Assembly (NCBI GenBank): GCA_963711835.1
Contig: CAVQFQ010000017.1
Location: 320,001 to 384,000 of the forward strand
Direction: 5' to 3'
Source: an uncultured delta proteobacterium
GTDB lineage: Bacteria; Desulfobacterota; RBG-13-43-22
Length of the DNA: 64,000 nucleotides
The notes under the pieces were generated by a model, which ran no database searches, had not been told where the DNA came from, and saw nothing but the letters and a program-made list of their open reading frames with translations. Shown here one piece after another: positions 27,523 through 38,320 of this stretch (positions are counted from its first letter, which is position 1; each line of letters begins with the position of its first letter). The translations under genes were made by a program, and so were the position numbers.

Positions 27523-28126
27523 AGTCGTATTCCTCCTCCTGAAATATTTCTCAAGTTGGGATACGACCTAAAAATAAAAGGCATCGACCTGAAAAGCTTC
27601 GATGCCTTGAACTGTCGACTTAATCACCAACTCCGACCGCCACCCTGTCCCGAAAGGGTGAATGACGGATTTACTGCGTGTTATAATAAATGCTGGAAAA
27701 GGTTATGTCAAGTTTTTTTTCAACAGGAATCGGGTGCGGCTCATAAAATATATTACTTATAGATATCATTAGATATTTTTGCCAATAGTACCTTTGGAAT
27801 TTTTTTGTTTGTTTTTTGGCAAAGAAAGTTTCTTGCATACCTGCAACTCCTTATCAGCTAAGGATTTGCGACAAATGAATGGCTGTTCAACTTTTTTTGC
27901 CACAGACACACGCAGACAAAGGCGGACATTTTTTTAGCCGGGCGACTTGCCCGGCTAAAGAGCCATCGCTGACGCGAACAGACATGCTCGTTAAGTTGAT
28001 ATTGCTCGTTAGCCCAAGTCTTTAGTGCCCGAAGGACGGACGGTTAGGGTAGCGGCAGGTCGCTGTCCCGCTGCAAGCGGGATCCTGCCGTTGTCTTTGG
28101 CAAAAATCTTTTCCAAATCTTTCGGG

Positions 28127-28588
28127 TTAGGAGTTAAGGGACGATCTAATATCTTCGGCAATGGAATGAATAAGACCGGGAAGTTTTTCCAGTAAAGGGG
28201 GGGATAATTCTTCCCCGAAGGAAACCGGATTTTCTATTTCAATCCCGTAAATTCCGGCAACCTCCGGCATCTGGAGTCCCAGGCTCTTCCCTAATTCGAG
28301 CAAATCAAAAAAATCCAAGCCATGGGAGGAGAAAAGGTGCCTGGCTCCCTCTCCCGATGGTACTTTTTTCAATTCACCAGGATCGTTTTTACCTGAAACC
28401 AAGGCGTCGATCAGAAAGAGTTTTTCATATCCCTTTAAATGATCCAGTAGATTAAGACCCACCATCTGGGTGGTCGCTACCTGGGCATTCGGAATTTTTC
28501 CCTCGAGGGCCCGAGCGATGCATAACCCCACCCCGTCGTCGGACAGGATGGGGTTTCCCATTCCTAAGATCAAGGTCTTCATGGTCAT
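28127..28588 (-). CDS. Hydrogenase maturation protease
   Basis: LGMGNPILSDDGVG, IDA and SSH motifs; follows the large subunit. Confidence 0.9.
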   Translation of the reverse strand: MTMKTLILGMGNPILSDDGVGLCIARALEGKIPNAQVATTQMVGLNLLDHLKGYEKLFLIDALVSGKNDPGELKKVPSGEGARHLFSSHGLDFFDLLELGKSLGLQMPEVAGIYGIEIENPVSFGEELSPPLLEKLPGLIHSIAEDIRSSLNS

Positions 28589-30051
28589 TAAGGTCGGGTA
28601 ATGGTTCGGATTACAACCCCCTTTTTATCTCGGATGGTAACGGTCAGGGGTATGTGTCCCGGCAGGGAGTGCGTGGCGCAGGACAAACAAGGGTCATAGG
28701 CCCTGAAGGCCATTTCCACCCGATTTAACAGTCCCTCCTTTACCTCGGTTCCCCGAATAAATTCCTGGGCGGCTTTTTTTACCGATAAACAGATAGGCGC
28801 GGCATTATTTTGGGTGGCTACAATCAGGTTAACCTTGGTTATTATCCCCTTATCATCCGTTTCATAGTCATGGAAAAGCGTACCCCGCGGGGCTTCTACG
28901 CACCCCACCCCTTTTCGGGTTAATTTCAAGTTCATATTACGGATATCTTTGCTGGTTAATAAAGGATCATTGGCAATGATCTGGTTGTGCTCGGCGGCCT
29001 GAAGGGCGCAAATTAGGCGGGCCCAGTGCATGGCCAGGGTATGATGGGCGGGTTTGCCGCCCAGGGTATCGAACATCTGCTCATATTCCTTTTGAGCCAG
29101 GGGGGTAGCCATGCCATCGGCCACATTGAGCCTGGCCAAAGGGGCTACGCGGTAGAGAGAGGTCCCTTCCCCTTCGATTAATCCTTTCCAGCCGAGTTTT
29201 CGTAAATGATTCAGCTTAATATAGGTCCAGGGTTCGACCCATTCACCGATGTGTTCTACATAGTCCTTGGGATCGAAGAGGGCGAATTCGTTCCCTTTGG
29301 GATCAATAACGCGAACCTTACCGTCATAAAAGGATACCTTTTTGTTCTCGTCTACCAGGGACATATAGTAGGTCTTCAGGTTATAAGCGTCACTGAGGAT
29401 CATATCCAGGTATTCCTTATTCCCAAGTACGACGTCTTTAAATAACTGCATGGCAAACTGGGCGAATTCAACGGAATAATCCGTGGTTTCCTTGATCCAT
29501 TTCCTTTCGTCCTCGGTTATGCCCCGAGGAACCCCCCCGGGCAGCCCTCCTTCCGGATGCGGGGCCTTGGAGAAGATCAATTTAATGATCTCCCGGTTCC
29601 TTTTGCGGACCTCGATGACTTTAGAGCCGATCTCCAGGCCGACTTTTCCCAGGACCCCCAAGATATTCCTTTCTGAAGGATCGGCATCAGGCCCAAGTAC
29701 AAAATCCGGGGCAGCCAAAAAGAAAAAATGGATATAATGATCTTCGACATAGAAAGCGTTGAACTCGAGCTGTCGGATTAATTTGGCCGTCGGGGTGGGT
29801 TCGACCCCATACAGGGCATCCAGGGCCTTGGTGGCGGCCATGTGGTGAGCCGAAGGACAGACGCCACAAATGTTCGGGACGATCCGGGTCATTTCCTCTG
29901 CCGGTCTTCCCAGACAAAACCGTTCAAAACCCCGCAACTCAGCCACCTGCCAGAAGGCGTCATCAACTTGCCCCTGGTCGTTAAGAAAAATCTCTATTTT
30001 CCCATGGCCCTCCAGTCGCGTTATCGGATTGATCGTTATTTTTCCTGGCAT
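28588..30051 (-). CDS. mvhA: [NiFe]-hydrogenase large subunit, group 3 (MvhA-like)
   Basis: TRLEGHG, L1 ICGVC, EAPRG and L2 DPCLSCATH plus a cleavable tail. Confidence 0.9.
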   Translation of the reverse strand: MPGKITINPITRLEGHGKIEIFLNDQGQVDDAFWQVAELRGFERFCLGRPAEEMTRIVPNICGVCPSAHHMAATKALDALYGVEPTPTAKLIRQLEFNAFYVEDHYIHFFFLAAPDFVLGPDADPSERNILGVLGKVGLEIGSKVIEVRKRNREIIKLIFSKAPHPEGGLPGGVPRGITEDERKWIKETTDYSVEFAQFAMQLFKDVVLGNKEYLDMILSDAYNLKTYYMSLVDENKKVSFYDGKVRVIDPKGNEFALFDPKDYVEHIGEWVEPWTYIKLNHLRKLGWKGLIEGEGTSLYRVAPLARLNVADGMATPLAQKEYEQMFDTLGGKPAHHTLAMHWARLICALQAAEHNQIIANDPLLTSKDIRNMNLKLTRKGVGCVEAPRGTLFHDYETDDKGIITKVNLIVATQNNAAPICLSVKKAAQEFIRGTEVKEGLLNRVEMAFRAYDPCLSCATHSLPGHIPLTVTIRDKKGVVIRTITRP

Positions 30052-30053
30052 TT

Positions 30054-31037
30054 TTATTCCTCCATCTCTTTCCTGGGCTTCATCCTCCCCAAGATTGAAG
30101 AGGGTTGGGTAAAACGATAAAAATATCCCGCGGGATCAACGAGGGAATCGATTACCTCTCGTATCTCCTCATCTTTTTCGGCTTTGATTAAAGAGGCCAA
30201 GGCAGACAGATATTTGGGGCCGGCCCCCACTACCCCTGGAGGAGGACCGAAGCAGCCTCGGCAGGGAACGTTGGTCTGGATACAGCTTTCCCCACACCCG
30301 GTACGGGTTACCGGGCCCAGACAAAGGATACCCTCAGCCAGAAAACAGGCATTGGGATCCGCCTCCACTTCATGGATCCTTTTAAATTGCTTAATTTCTA
30401 TCCGGTGGGGTTTCAATTTATTGCGTGGGCAGGTGTCGCATAAGGCCGTACGGGGTGCCAGGGTGGACCCTTTGGGAGGGAGGTCGCCGGCAATGACGGC
30501 ATTGACGGCACTGGCAATCAAACCCGGCGGAGGCGGACATCCGGGCAGATAAAAATCTACATCGATGAGCAGGTCCAGACAATAGACATGTTCATAAAAT
30601 TCCGGAAGAGTCAAGACCTTGCCATTGATCCGGGTTTCTGTTTGGGGGAACTTGGTTTCGGGGTTCACTACCGTAGGGGCATCCCGATAGACCCAGTTAA
30701 AGATATCTTCCTTGCTTGTAAAGTTGGCCAGGCCGGCTGTTCCTCCAAAACAGGCGCAGGCCCCTAAGGCTAAAACCAGTTTAGATTTTTTTCTGAGGAG
30801 CTTGGCGATTTCTTCATGATCAGAATTTCTCACCGCTCCGGAAAGGATACTCAAGGTGATTTCTTCATCCTTCAGGGATTCTATGTGACTATATTTAAAA
30901 TCCATAGCCACCGGCCAGAGAACAATATCTACGGCCTGGGCTACCTCCAGAAGGGTTTCATTTAAGTCCACTATGGATTCATCGCATCCGGCACAGGCAC
31001 TTAACCAATAGATGGCTACTTTGGGCTTATCAGCCAT
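30054..31037 (-). CDS. mvhG: [NiFe]-hydrogenase small subunit (MvhG-like)
   Basis: CAGC, GACACFGG, LPGCPP, CDTCP..CFL..CLGP..C..C..PCRGC. Confidence 0.88.
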   Translation of the reverse strand: MADKPKVAIYWLSACAGCDESIVDLNETLLEVAQAVDIVLWPVAMDFKYSHIESLKDEEITLSILSGAVRNSDHEEIAKLLRKKSKLVLALGACACFGGTAGLANFTSKEDIFNWVYRDAPTVVNPETKFPQTETRINGKVLTLPEFYEHVYCLDLLIDVDFYLPGCPPPPGLIASAVNAVIAGDLPPKGSTLAPRTALCDTCPRNKLKPHRIEIKQFKRIHEVEADPNACFLAEGILCLGPVTRTGCGESCIQTNVPCRGCFGPPPGVVGAGPKYLSALASLIKAEKDEEIREVIDSLVDPAGYFYRFTQPSSILGRMKPRKEMEE

Positions 31038-31054
31038 TTTGCATTCCTCCTTTT

Positions 31055-31450
31055 TTACAGCCGCTTGATCGGACCAAGTTTGGTAAGGGTTTTCTCCATC
31101 TTAGTTATCAGGGGAGGGATACTTTTCCCCTCGGGGTCCAGGGAAAATTTCATTTCAACCCTTTGCGGTTCAATGCCAAAAGTTTCTAGGACCTTGCGAA
31201 GGAGAAGCACTTTTTTCTTGGTCTGAATGTTCCCATCCTGATAGTGACAATGACCCTCGGAGCAGCCCAAAATCAGAACCCCATCGGCTCCTGAACGGAA
31301 GGCCTTAAGGATATGACTGGTATCGATCTTGCCGCTGCAGACCACAGGTATCCAGTTGGCGATCCTGGATGCCCGGCCAGATTCTCCGGAAAGATAGTCC
31401 CAACCGAACTTGCAGGAAAAACATACTAACTTAGGATTATATTCTGCCAT
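31055..31450 (-). CDS. mvhD: MvhD-like 2Fe-2S subunit
   Basis: FSC..VCSGKID..GADGVLILGC..CHY..GN. Confidence 0.85.
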   Translation of the reverse strand: MAEYNPKLVCFSCKFGWDYLSGESGRASRIANWIPVVCSGKIDTSHILKAFRSGADGVLILGCSEGHCHYQDGNIQTKKKVLLLRKVLETFGIEPQRVEMKFSLDPEGKSIPPLITKMEKTLTKLGPIKRL

Positions 31451-31470
31451 GTCCCATCTCCTATGCTGAT

Positions 31471-33261
31471 TTATAGCGAGGCATATACTGCTTTGATTCT
31501 GTTTTCCATATTATCCCCTACCAACTTCCTGGCGTCGGAGGGGCAAGCCACAACGCACATCCCGCAGGATTTGCACTTGAAGGTGTCGGTAAATGAAATC
31601 CTTCTGGTTTCAACATCCTTGAGTTGGGCCGCATCATAGTTGCAGACCGAGACACAAATACCACAACCGCAACAGCGGTCTTTATTGACTTCAACGGTGG
31701 GTAAGGACTCCTGGATGCCAATGGAGAGGCAGGCCTTGCAGGAGATACAAGGCCCGCAGCTCAAACACCTCCTGGCCTCGTCAATAGCTTCCGGCAAGGT
31801 AAATCCTCTTTCAAATATCTGAAAATGCATTCTTTTTTCCGGCGGGATCCAGAGGACCTCCGGTTCGGTTAGATAATGGCTTCGCCGGGGAATGTCTTGG
31901 GCCTCATACACCCTTGGGCTGATTTCTTTCAGACTCAGGCCGCGTAAATACCGTTCAATCGATTCGGCCGCAATCAAACCATCCTTCTGGGCATCGGCCA
32001 TAAAGCCGATCCTCCTGAGATCACCGCCAATGAAAATCCACTCCTTTTTTAGGCTCTGCAAAGTCACCGGGTCGACAACCAAGGCCCCCTTTTCATCCAA
32101 AAGGTCCTCGGCCTGTAAAGCCGCCCTATCCGCCCCTTGGCCGACGGTAATGATTAAGATATCTCCTTCCACGGTGATGGTGTCGGAAAGGTCAAACTGC
32201 GGATTAAACCCCGTCTCGTCAAAGACACCGGCACAGCGGGGACATTCAATTTTTTGAATCCGTCCGCTCTCCCCGAGAATTTTGCTTACCCCGCGGGAAT
32301 ATAAAATGTGGATCCCTTCCTCCCAGGCCCCCCTGATTTCTTCCCAGTCGGCCGGTATATGGTCCTTTGACTTCTTATCCTCGCATTCCAAACAGATTAT
32401 GGTAGTCTCTCCGCCGAGTCTTCGGGCCGACCTGGCTACGTCAAAGGCCACGTTGCCGCCGCCGATAACCAGGACTTTTTTGCCCACGAAGTAATTTGGT
32501 CTAATCTCGCCGTGACTGACTTCATAAAGAAAGGTAGTTCCGTACATAATCCCTGAAAGCGATTGGTCCTCCACCTTTTCTCTGCCGAAGGTCAGGGTTC
32601 TCGGAGCCGGGGTGCCTTTGGCAATAAAGAAGGCTTTGTAGCCTTCGTTTCTTAGTTTTTCCAGGGTCAATTTTCCTTCACCCACGTTGGCATTGTATTT
32701 AACGTCGATACCCGCAATGCGGACGAGATTATCGATGGCCGAGGTTAATACTTTCTCGGGCAAACGATACCGGGGTATCAACCATAGAGCCCCACCCAAG
32801 CGGTCGGAGGCCTCGAACAGAGTCACCCGATAGCCTCTTTTGCTGAGATCAAAGGCGCACATCAGCCCTCCGGGTCCTCCACCGACAACGGCGACGTTCT
32901 CTTTTTGTTTTATAAGGTTAAACTCTTCTTTCTGATTTAAATAGACGGTGTAGGTATCCGAAATGAATCTCTTTAAGAGCCTTCTTCGGATGGCGCCCCC
33001 CTTGGCCTGGTAATTACATTCCAGTTCGCATAAACCACAGACATACCCGCAGACGGTGAACAAGGGATTTTTTTCAAAGAGGTAGTCCCCGATCTGAATA
33101 ATGCCATCGCGGGCTAATTCCAGATCATCCGGAAGGAGCGAAATGAGAATATTGGTCCTTTGGATGTCTTCATTAATGGGACACTGCATCTGGCAGGGAG
33201 GTAAGAACTGCTTTACTGCCGGTTCCACACTGGCCAGACCTTGATGGATAGATTTCCACAT
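31471..33261 (-). CDS. GltD/NfnB-like FAD oxidoreductase with a C-terminal HdrA-like 2x[4Fe-4S] domain
   Basis: PPCQMQCP, CGYVC..CE..C, GGGPGG, GGGNVAFD, EARRCLSCG, CCGCGICVSVC and CKSCGMCVVACP. Start placed at ATG 33261 after AGGAGG. Confidence 0.85.
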   Translation of the reverse strand: MWKSIHQGLASVEPAVKQFLPPCQMQCPINEDIQRTNILISLLPDDLELARDGIIQIGDYLFEKNPLFTVCGYVCGLCELECNYQAKGGAIRRRLLKRFISDTYTVYLNQKEEFNLIKQKENVAVVGGGPGGLMCAFDLSKRGYRVTLFEASDRLGGALWLIPRYRLPEKVLTSAIDNLVRIAGIDVKYNANVGEGKLTLEKLRNEGYKAFFIAKGTPAPRTLTFGREKVEDQSLSGIMYGTTFLYEVSHGEIRPNYFVGKKVLVIGGGNVAFDVARSARRLGGETTIICLECEDKKSKDHIPADWEEIRGAWEEGIHILYSRGVSKILGESGRIQKIECPRCAGVFDETGFNPQFDLSDTITVEGDILIITVGQGADRAALQAEDLLDEKGALVVDPVTLQSLKKEWIFIGGDLRRIGFMADAQKDGLIAAESIERYLRGLSLKEISPRVYEAQDIPRRSHYLTEPEVLWIPPEKRMHFQIFERGFTLPEAIDEARRCLSCGPCISCKACLSIGIQESLPTVEVNKDRCCGCGICVSVCNYDAAQLKDVETRRISFTDTFKCKSCGMCVVACPSDARKLVGDNMENRIKAVYASL

Positions 33262-33340
33262 GAGTATCCATCCTCCTTTCTGAGGTTGCCTTTTTAGTGA
33301 TGAAATTGTTAATAGAAATATATATCTTTGTGAAAGAATT

Positions 33341-33356
33341 ATCAATATCCGTGCCA
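33341..33356 (-). promoter_or_regulatory. Putative sigma54 (-24/-12) promoter of the hydrogenase operon
   Basis: TGGCACGGATATTGAT: perfect -24 box and correct spacing; the -12 box is TTGA rather than TTGC. Confidence 0.5.
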
Positions 33357-33576
33357 CAAAAGAGGTTGTCTAAAAATAATCAAGGGGCAAAAAAATGCAG
33401 TTAAATCAAATAGAAATAATTTCTCAAGAAAAACCTTCTCAGGAGGAGATGTTAAGAAAGTCTCCTAAAAGTTTCATTAGCGATTAAACAAGAGACAATT
33501 TGAATTCCAGTGGTACAGTTGACAGTTTAAGGGGTTCACGGATATACTATTCAAAAAATCCGGAAGGAAGAAAGCC

Positions 33577-35046
33577 GTGGCAGAGAAACCTGTTCCTATT
33601 TTGATTGCCAAGGGGAAAAAAGATATTTCCATCCTGCCGAAGATGGCCAACCGACATGGTCTGATTGCCGGGGCCACAGGGACAGGCAAGACCGTAACCC
33701 TGAGGGTGCTTGCTGAACAGTTCAGCCGGATGGGGGTGCCGGTCTTTATGGCCGATGTCAAGGGGGACCTCTCCGGGATCTGTCTGCCGGGTGGAGATCA
33801 CCCCAAGGTGAATGAAAGGGTCCGGGAATTGGGTCTAAGCGACTTTACCTTTGAAGGATACCCGGTTGTTTTTTGGGATGTTTATGGAGAACAGGGACAT
33901 CCCATACGCACCACGGTGTCGGAGATGGGCCCGCTTCTCTTGAGCCGCATCTTGAACCTGAACGATGTCCAAAGCGGGGTACTCAGCCTGGTCTTTAAGG
34001 TGGCTGATGACCAAGGCCTGTTATTACTGGACCTCAAAGACCTGCGGTCCATGGTTCAGTTTGTGGGCGATCAGGCCGGGCAGTTCCGGACGGTTTATGG
34101 GAATATTTCCCCGGCCAGCATCGGGGCCATCCAGCGAAATCTCCTGAACCTCGAGGAGCAGGGGGGAGACCGGTTGTTCGGCGAACCGGCCTTAGTTTTG
34201 CAGGACTTCATGCAAACCGATTCCCAGGGCCGGGGTATGATCAACATCCTGACGGCTGACCAATTGATGCAATCTCCACGCACCTATGCCACCCTTTTGC
34301 TCTGGATGCTTTCGGAACTTTTCGAACAACTCCCTGAAGTAGGAGATCCTCCGAAACCCAAGCTGATTTTTTTCTTTGATGAAGCCCATCTGCTGTTTAG
34401 CGACCTGCCTGAAGTCCTGGAAGAAAAAATCGAGCAGGTAGTGCGCATCATTCGATCCAAGGGCGTAGGTATCTATTTTGTAACCCAGAATCCTTTGGAC
34501 CTTCCCGAAAAGGTCTTGGGCCAGTTGGGCAACCGGGTGCAACATGCCCTGCGGGCCTTTACTCCCAAGGACCAAAAAACCGTTAAAGCAGCAGCCGAAA
34601 CCTTCCGGGCCAATCCTACCCTGGATGTGGTTGAGGCTATTATGGAGCTGGGGGTGGGCGAAGCCCTGGTCTCCGTGCTGGACGAAAAAGGTTCCCCCAC
34701 GATGGTAGAACGATCCTTGATCGTTCCTCCGAGGAGCCGCCTTAATCCTTTAAGTGTCGAGGAACGGAGCCGGATTATTCAAAATACCCCCTGGTACGGC
34801 CACTATGAAAAGACGGTAGACCGAGAATCGGCCTATGAGAAACTAAAGGTCAGGGCGGAGCAGATTCAAGCTGCTTCCGAAGATGAGGCCACGGCAAAGC
34901 GGACCCAAAAGGAACCCCGATCTCAAACCGGGACTCTGGTACAAGCTATGGCCAAAAGCGCCGCCCATGCCATCGGCAGCCAGATTGGCCGGCAGATTAT
35001 TCGGGGCGTACTGGGGTCATTATTCGGCGGGGGCCGGCGGAAATAA
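33577..35046 (+). CDS. HerA-like ATPase (DUF853/YjgR family)
   Basis: [38 protein letters not shown] and QHALRAFTP. Confidence 0.9.
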   Translation: MAEKPVPILIAKGKKDISILPKMANRHGLIAGATGTGKTVTLRVLAEQFSRMGVPVFMADVKGDLSGICLPGGDHPKVNERVRELGLSDFTFEGYPVVFWDVYGEQGHPIRTTVSEMGPLLLSRILNLNDVQSGVLSLVFKVADDQGLLLLDLKDLRSMVQFVGDQAGQFRTVYGNISPASIGAIQRNLLNLEEQGGDRLFGEPALVLQDFMQTDSQGRGMINILTADQLMQSPRTYATLLLWMLSELFEQLPEVGDPPKPKLIFFFDEAHLLFSDLPEVLEEKIEQVVRIIRSKGVGIYFVTQNPLDLPEKVLGQLGNRVQHALRAFTPKDQKTVKAAAETFRANPTLDVVEAIMELGVGEALVSVLDEKGSPTMVERSLIVPPRSRLNPLSVEERSRIIQNTPWYGHYEKTVDRESAYEKLKVRAEQIQAASEDEATAKRTQKEPRSQTGTLVQAMAKSAAHAIGSQIGRQIIRGVLGSLFGGGRRK

Positions 35047-35129
35047 GAAAATCGGCTTTACTTTTTTCCGGGTCTCATTTACTTTTAAGCATCACAATTT
35101 TTTTATTAAAAGAAAAGGAGGTAGGGGAG

Positions 35130-35447
35130 ATGAAGCGAATTCTATTGGTCATGGCAGCGGTTGTTTTGTTTGCAACCTGGGCTTTCGCCGGTGCGCCCAA
35201 GGGCTATCAGGTAACCGGGCCGGTGCTGGACATCAAAGATGATGTCATTACCGTCCAAAAAGGGGATGACAAATGGGAACTGGCCAAGGACAAAGATACC
35301 AAAGTGACGGGTGATCTGAAGGTGGGGTCCAAGGTATTGATCCAATATCAAATGAAGGCCAGTAGTATCGAAGTAAAGGATGCCGCGAAGAAAGAAGAAC
35401 CCAAGAAAGCGGAGCCTAAAAAGGAAGAACCCAAGAAGAAAAAATAA
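35130..35447 (+). CDS. Small secreted protein with a Lys/Glu/Pro-rich repeat tail
   Basis: Signal peptide ending AFA, beta-rich core, KKEEP/KKAEP/KKEEP tail, strong RBS. Confidence 0.75.
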   Translation: MKRILLVMAAVVLFATWAFAGAPKGYQVTGPVLDIKDDVITVQKGDDKWELAKDKDTKVTGDLKVGSKVLIQYQMKASSIEVKDAAKKEEPKKAEPKKEEPKKKK

Positions 35448-35533
35448 GTCCAACGTTTAAGGGGCAGCGGCCTTGCAGTTCATAGAGGCCGTTGCTCCTT
35501 TTGCCGCTTTCCCCCCAAAGGTCCATTCCGAAT

Positions 35534-35947
35534 TCATCTCTTTCCGTCTTGGTTACGATAAGATCCCTGGGCATCTTGGATGTGGGCGATAAGTTCGGCC
35601 ACCATGTTTTTCAAGGGTTCAGGATTGAGAAAATCTCCGGCCCAGGCATAGGCCTGAAGGAGACGGAATAGGCCGCTCCAGAGGCTTTCAAATCCTTCCC
35701 GGCCGGGTTGACAAACCTGACCGATGGGGCAGAGATTGCAGGCATTGCGGGATTCCAGATCCAGACAGAAGGGGATCGGGACCTGGGCGGCTTCCAGGAT
35801 GCTGACAAAATCCTCCTGGGAAAAGGCTGTGGCCAGGAAGGATTGAATGCGGAACCATTTGTCCAGAACCAGCCGGAAGGGGTCTTCCTGCCTTTGGTGC
35901 CGGGCATGCATCTCTTCAGAGGTCATCAGTTTTACTTCTTTGATCAT
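35534..35947 (-). CDS. Hypothetical protein with a Cys cluster
   Basis: FC-x8-CNLCPIGQVC; fills the gap with plausible composition. Confidence 0.6.
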   Translation of the reverse strand: MIKEVKLMTSEEMHARHQRQEDPFRLVLDKWFRIQSFLATAFSQEDFVSILEAAQVPIPFCLDLESRNACNLCPIGQVCQPGREGFESLWSGLFRLLQAYAWAGDFLNPEPLKNMVAELIAHIQDAQGSYRNQDGKR

Positions 35948-36171
35948 AGGGTGAATCCTGTTAGGCTAGATTCTTGCGTCTTTTGGTCCGAGAGTTTATC
36001 TCTAACTTTCCAAAATCAAGTGTAGGGGGGGACCCCCCTAGACTATTTCTTCAGGATTTTAAAAAAAATTGCAAATATCTTTGGTTAGGGTTTCAGAATG
36101 ATGGCCGGGAAGGCCGCCTGCAGCCAACCTTTTTATCTTAGCACGACCCCCATTTCTTTAAAACAAAAATG

Positions 36172-36502
36172 GAGTTTGTCCCAACGTTACGTGATTTTTA
36201 AGCCATCCATTCATAGAGGGCTTCGGGGGTCTTGATTTCAAGGTTGTCCGAAAGGTAATCCGTAGCCCCAACCCGGCCCGAATTTCTAAGTTGGTAGGGA
36301 GCCGGGCATTCACCCAGGACGATAAATCGCTTTGGTGTTGGCCTGTTTCTAAACCCCATTATAAACTTCCTGCCCGGGTTCAGGCTGCCAGTGTTTTGGC
36401 GGACAATCCTTGAAATCAAGACCCCTGAAGCCCTTTAAGGTGATTTTATATTTTAAGGCGCTAGTCCTTCGGTTTGGGAATCACGTAACTTTGGGACTAG
36501 CC
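36172..36502. mobile_element. About 330-bp MITE-like element, copy A
   Basis: Terminal IR GTCCCAA(C/A)GTTACGTGATT and inner IR AGGGCTTC.GGGGTCTTGATTTCAAGG; homologous to 40748-41140 in inverted orientation. Confidence 0.8.
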
Positions 36503-36665
36503 GCAAAAAAGATAGGACGAAACAGGGGCGCGGCGCTCTTAGGGAGCACCTGCCGGGAATTATTACCGTCTTACCATAGGATAGAAAGTTTGATATACTA
36601 TAAAAAGAAAGGGTTGTTTCGTTAGGCTGCGGCCCATTCAAGAAAATGGTTAAGAGGAGGATGTG

Positions 36666-37253
36666 ATGGCTAAACGGTTTAAACTTGGATTGCTTTGTTT
36701 TTTGTTGCTTTTGATGTTTTCAGGCTGCGGCTATAATACCATTCAAACCAACGAGGAGGGGGTCAAGGCCGCCTGGGGGGATGTGGAGGCGACCTATCAA
36801 AGGAGGAATGATTTGATACCCAATCTGGTGGAAGTCGTTAAGACCTATGCCAAACACGAGAAAGAGACGCTGACGGCTGTTACGGAAGCCAGGGCCAAGG
36901 TCGGAACTATTCAGGCGGGTAAGGAGCTCCTGAACGACCCCCAGGCCTTCAAGCAGTTTCAGGAGGCCCAGTCCGGCATGAGCAGCGCCCTTTCCCGTTT
37001 GCTGGTGGTGGCGGAAAACTATCCGGATCTCAAGGCCAATCAGAATTTTCTCGACCTTCAGCATCAACTGGAAGGAACGGAAAACCGGATCAATGTGGCC
37101 CGGGGCCGCTATAACAAAGCCGTTGAGGTGTTCAATTCCTCCATCCGAATTTTCCCCAACAGCCTGACCAATAAGTTTTTATTGGGTTTGAAACTCAAGG
37201 AACCTTTTAAGGCCGAAGCCGGGGCCGAAAAGGCGCCGCAGGTGAAATTTTGA
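36666..37253 (+). CDS. lemA: LemA family protein
   Basis: [34 protein letters not shown]. Confidence 0.93.
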   Translation: MAKRFKLGLLCFLLLLMFSGCGYNTIQTNEEGVKAAWGDVEATYQRRNDLIPNLVEVVKTYAKHEKETLTAVTEARAKVGTIQAGKELLNDPQAFKQFQEAQSGMSSALSRLLVVAENYPDLKANQNFLDLQHQLEGTENRINVARGRYNKAVEVFNSSIRIFPNSLTNKFLLGLKLKEPFKAEAGAEKAPQVKF

Positions 37254-37401
37254 TCCAACCCTCCCCTCAATTCCGCCTCGGCGGATCTTCTTCCCCTCCG
37301 ACTCGGCTGAGCTCGTCGGAGGCCATCCAGGCCTTTCCCCCGGCCTGTCTGCCTGGACTGCCGAAGCAGGCGGGAGAGGGAAGAGAGAGGGGAAAGGGAT
37401 A

Positions 37402-38271
37402 ATGAAAACAAGAGCGGCCCTGCTGATCTTTCTTATTCTTTGCCAACCTCTCTTTTCCTTTGCCTTGGAAGTTCCCAAACTCCAGGGCCATATCAATGAT
37501 TATGCCGGGATGATTTCCCCGGCGACCGAAAGCCGCCTGGCGGAGGAATTAAAGGCCTTTGAAGAGAGCGATTCCACCCAGATCGTAATTCTGACCGTCC
37601 CCTCGTTGGAAGGGGAAAATATCGAAAGCTTCGGGATCAAGGTAGCCGAAGCCTGGAAGATCGGGCAAAAAAATAAAGACAACGGCCTGATCCTGATTGT
37701 GGCTAAAGAAGAGCGCAAGATCCGGATCGAGGTGGGAAAAGGATTGGAAGGGCGCCTGACGGATTTGCTGGCCGGGAGGATCATTGATCTCTCCATAAAG
37801 CCCAGATTCAAAAGGGGGGACTTTGAGGGCGGATTCACGGCCGGTGTTTCCTCTCTGATTGACGCCGCTCGGGGAGAATTTAAAGCCGGGGATCATCCCG
37901 GCGCCAAAAATGAAAAAGGCCTGCCTTCCTTCTTTACCCTGTTCATTGTACTGGGGGTCGCCCTGTTGGTCCTGGGAAGCCTTTCCCGTGTTTTGGGAGG
38001 GGCGGTCGGGGCCTTGGGGCTGCCTCTGATTATGCAGGGTATCCTCTCTTTGAAGCTTCTAACCCTCGTCCTGTTCGGCCTGCTGGGTCTGGCCATTGGG
38101 ATTATGTTGCCGGCCCTTTTTTCATTGGGCGGCCTCCAGGGCCGGGGCGGCTTATGGTCCGGTGGAGGTTTTTTCGGATCCGGCGGCGGAGGGAGCAGCG
38201 GGGATTGGGGCGGGGGGTTCAGCGGTGGAGGAGGGGACTTCGGAGGCGGAGGCGCTTCCGGGGACTGGTAA
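37402..38271 (+). CDS. TPM-domain protein (YgcG-like) with a Gly-rich tail
   Basis: NDYAGMIS, WKIG..DNGL, RIEVGKGLEG, C-terminal FGGGGASGDW. Confidence 0.9.
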   Translation: MKTRAALLIFLILCQPLFSFALEVPKLQGHINDYAGMISPATESRLAEELKAFEESDSTQIVILTVPSLEGENIESFGIKVAEAWKIGQKNKDNGLILIVAKEERKIRIEVGKGLEGRLTDLLAGRIIDLSIKPRFKRGDFEGGFTAGVSSLIDAARGEFKAGDHPGAKNEKGLPSFFTLFIVLGVALLVLGSLSRVLGGAVGALGLPLIMQGILSLKLLTLVLFGLLGLAIGIMLPALFSLGGLQGRGGLWSGGGFFGSGGGGSSGDWGGGFSGGGGDFGGGGASGDW

Positions 38272-38320
38272 TCAACTAAAGGGTTCAAGGGTCCAAGGAT
38301 TCGAGGGGTCGAGGGAAAAT

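Noticed and set aside
33328-33345. Rex operator upstream of the hydrogenase operon
   Set aside because: Only the TTGTGAA half matches; the other half deviates too much to call.
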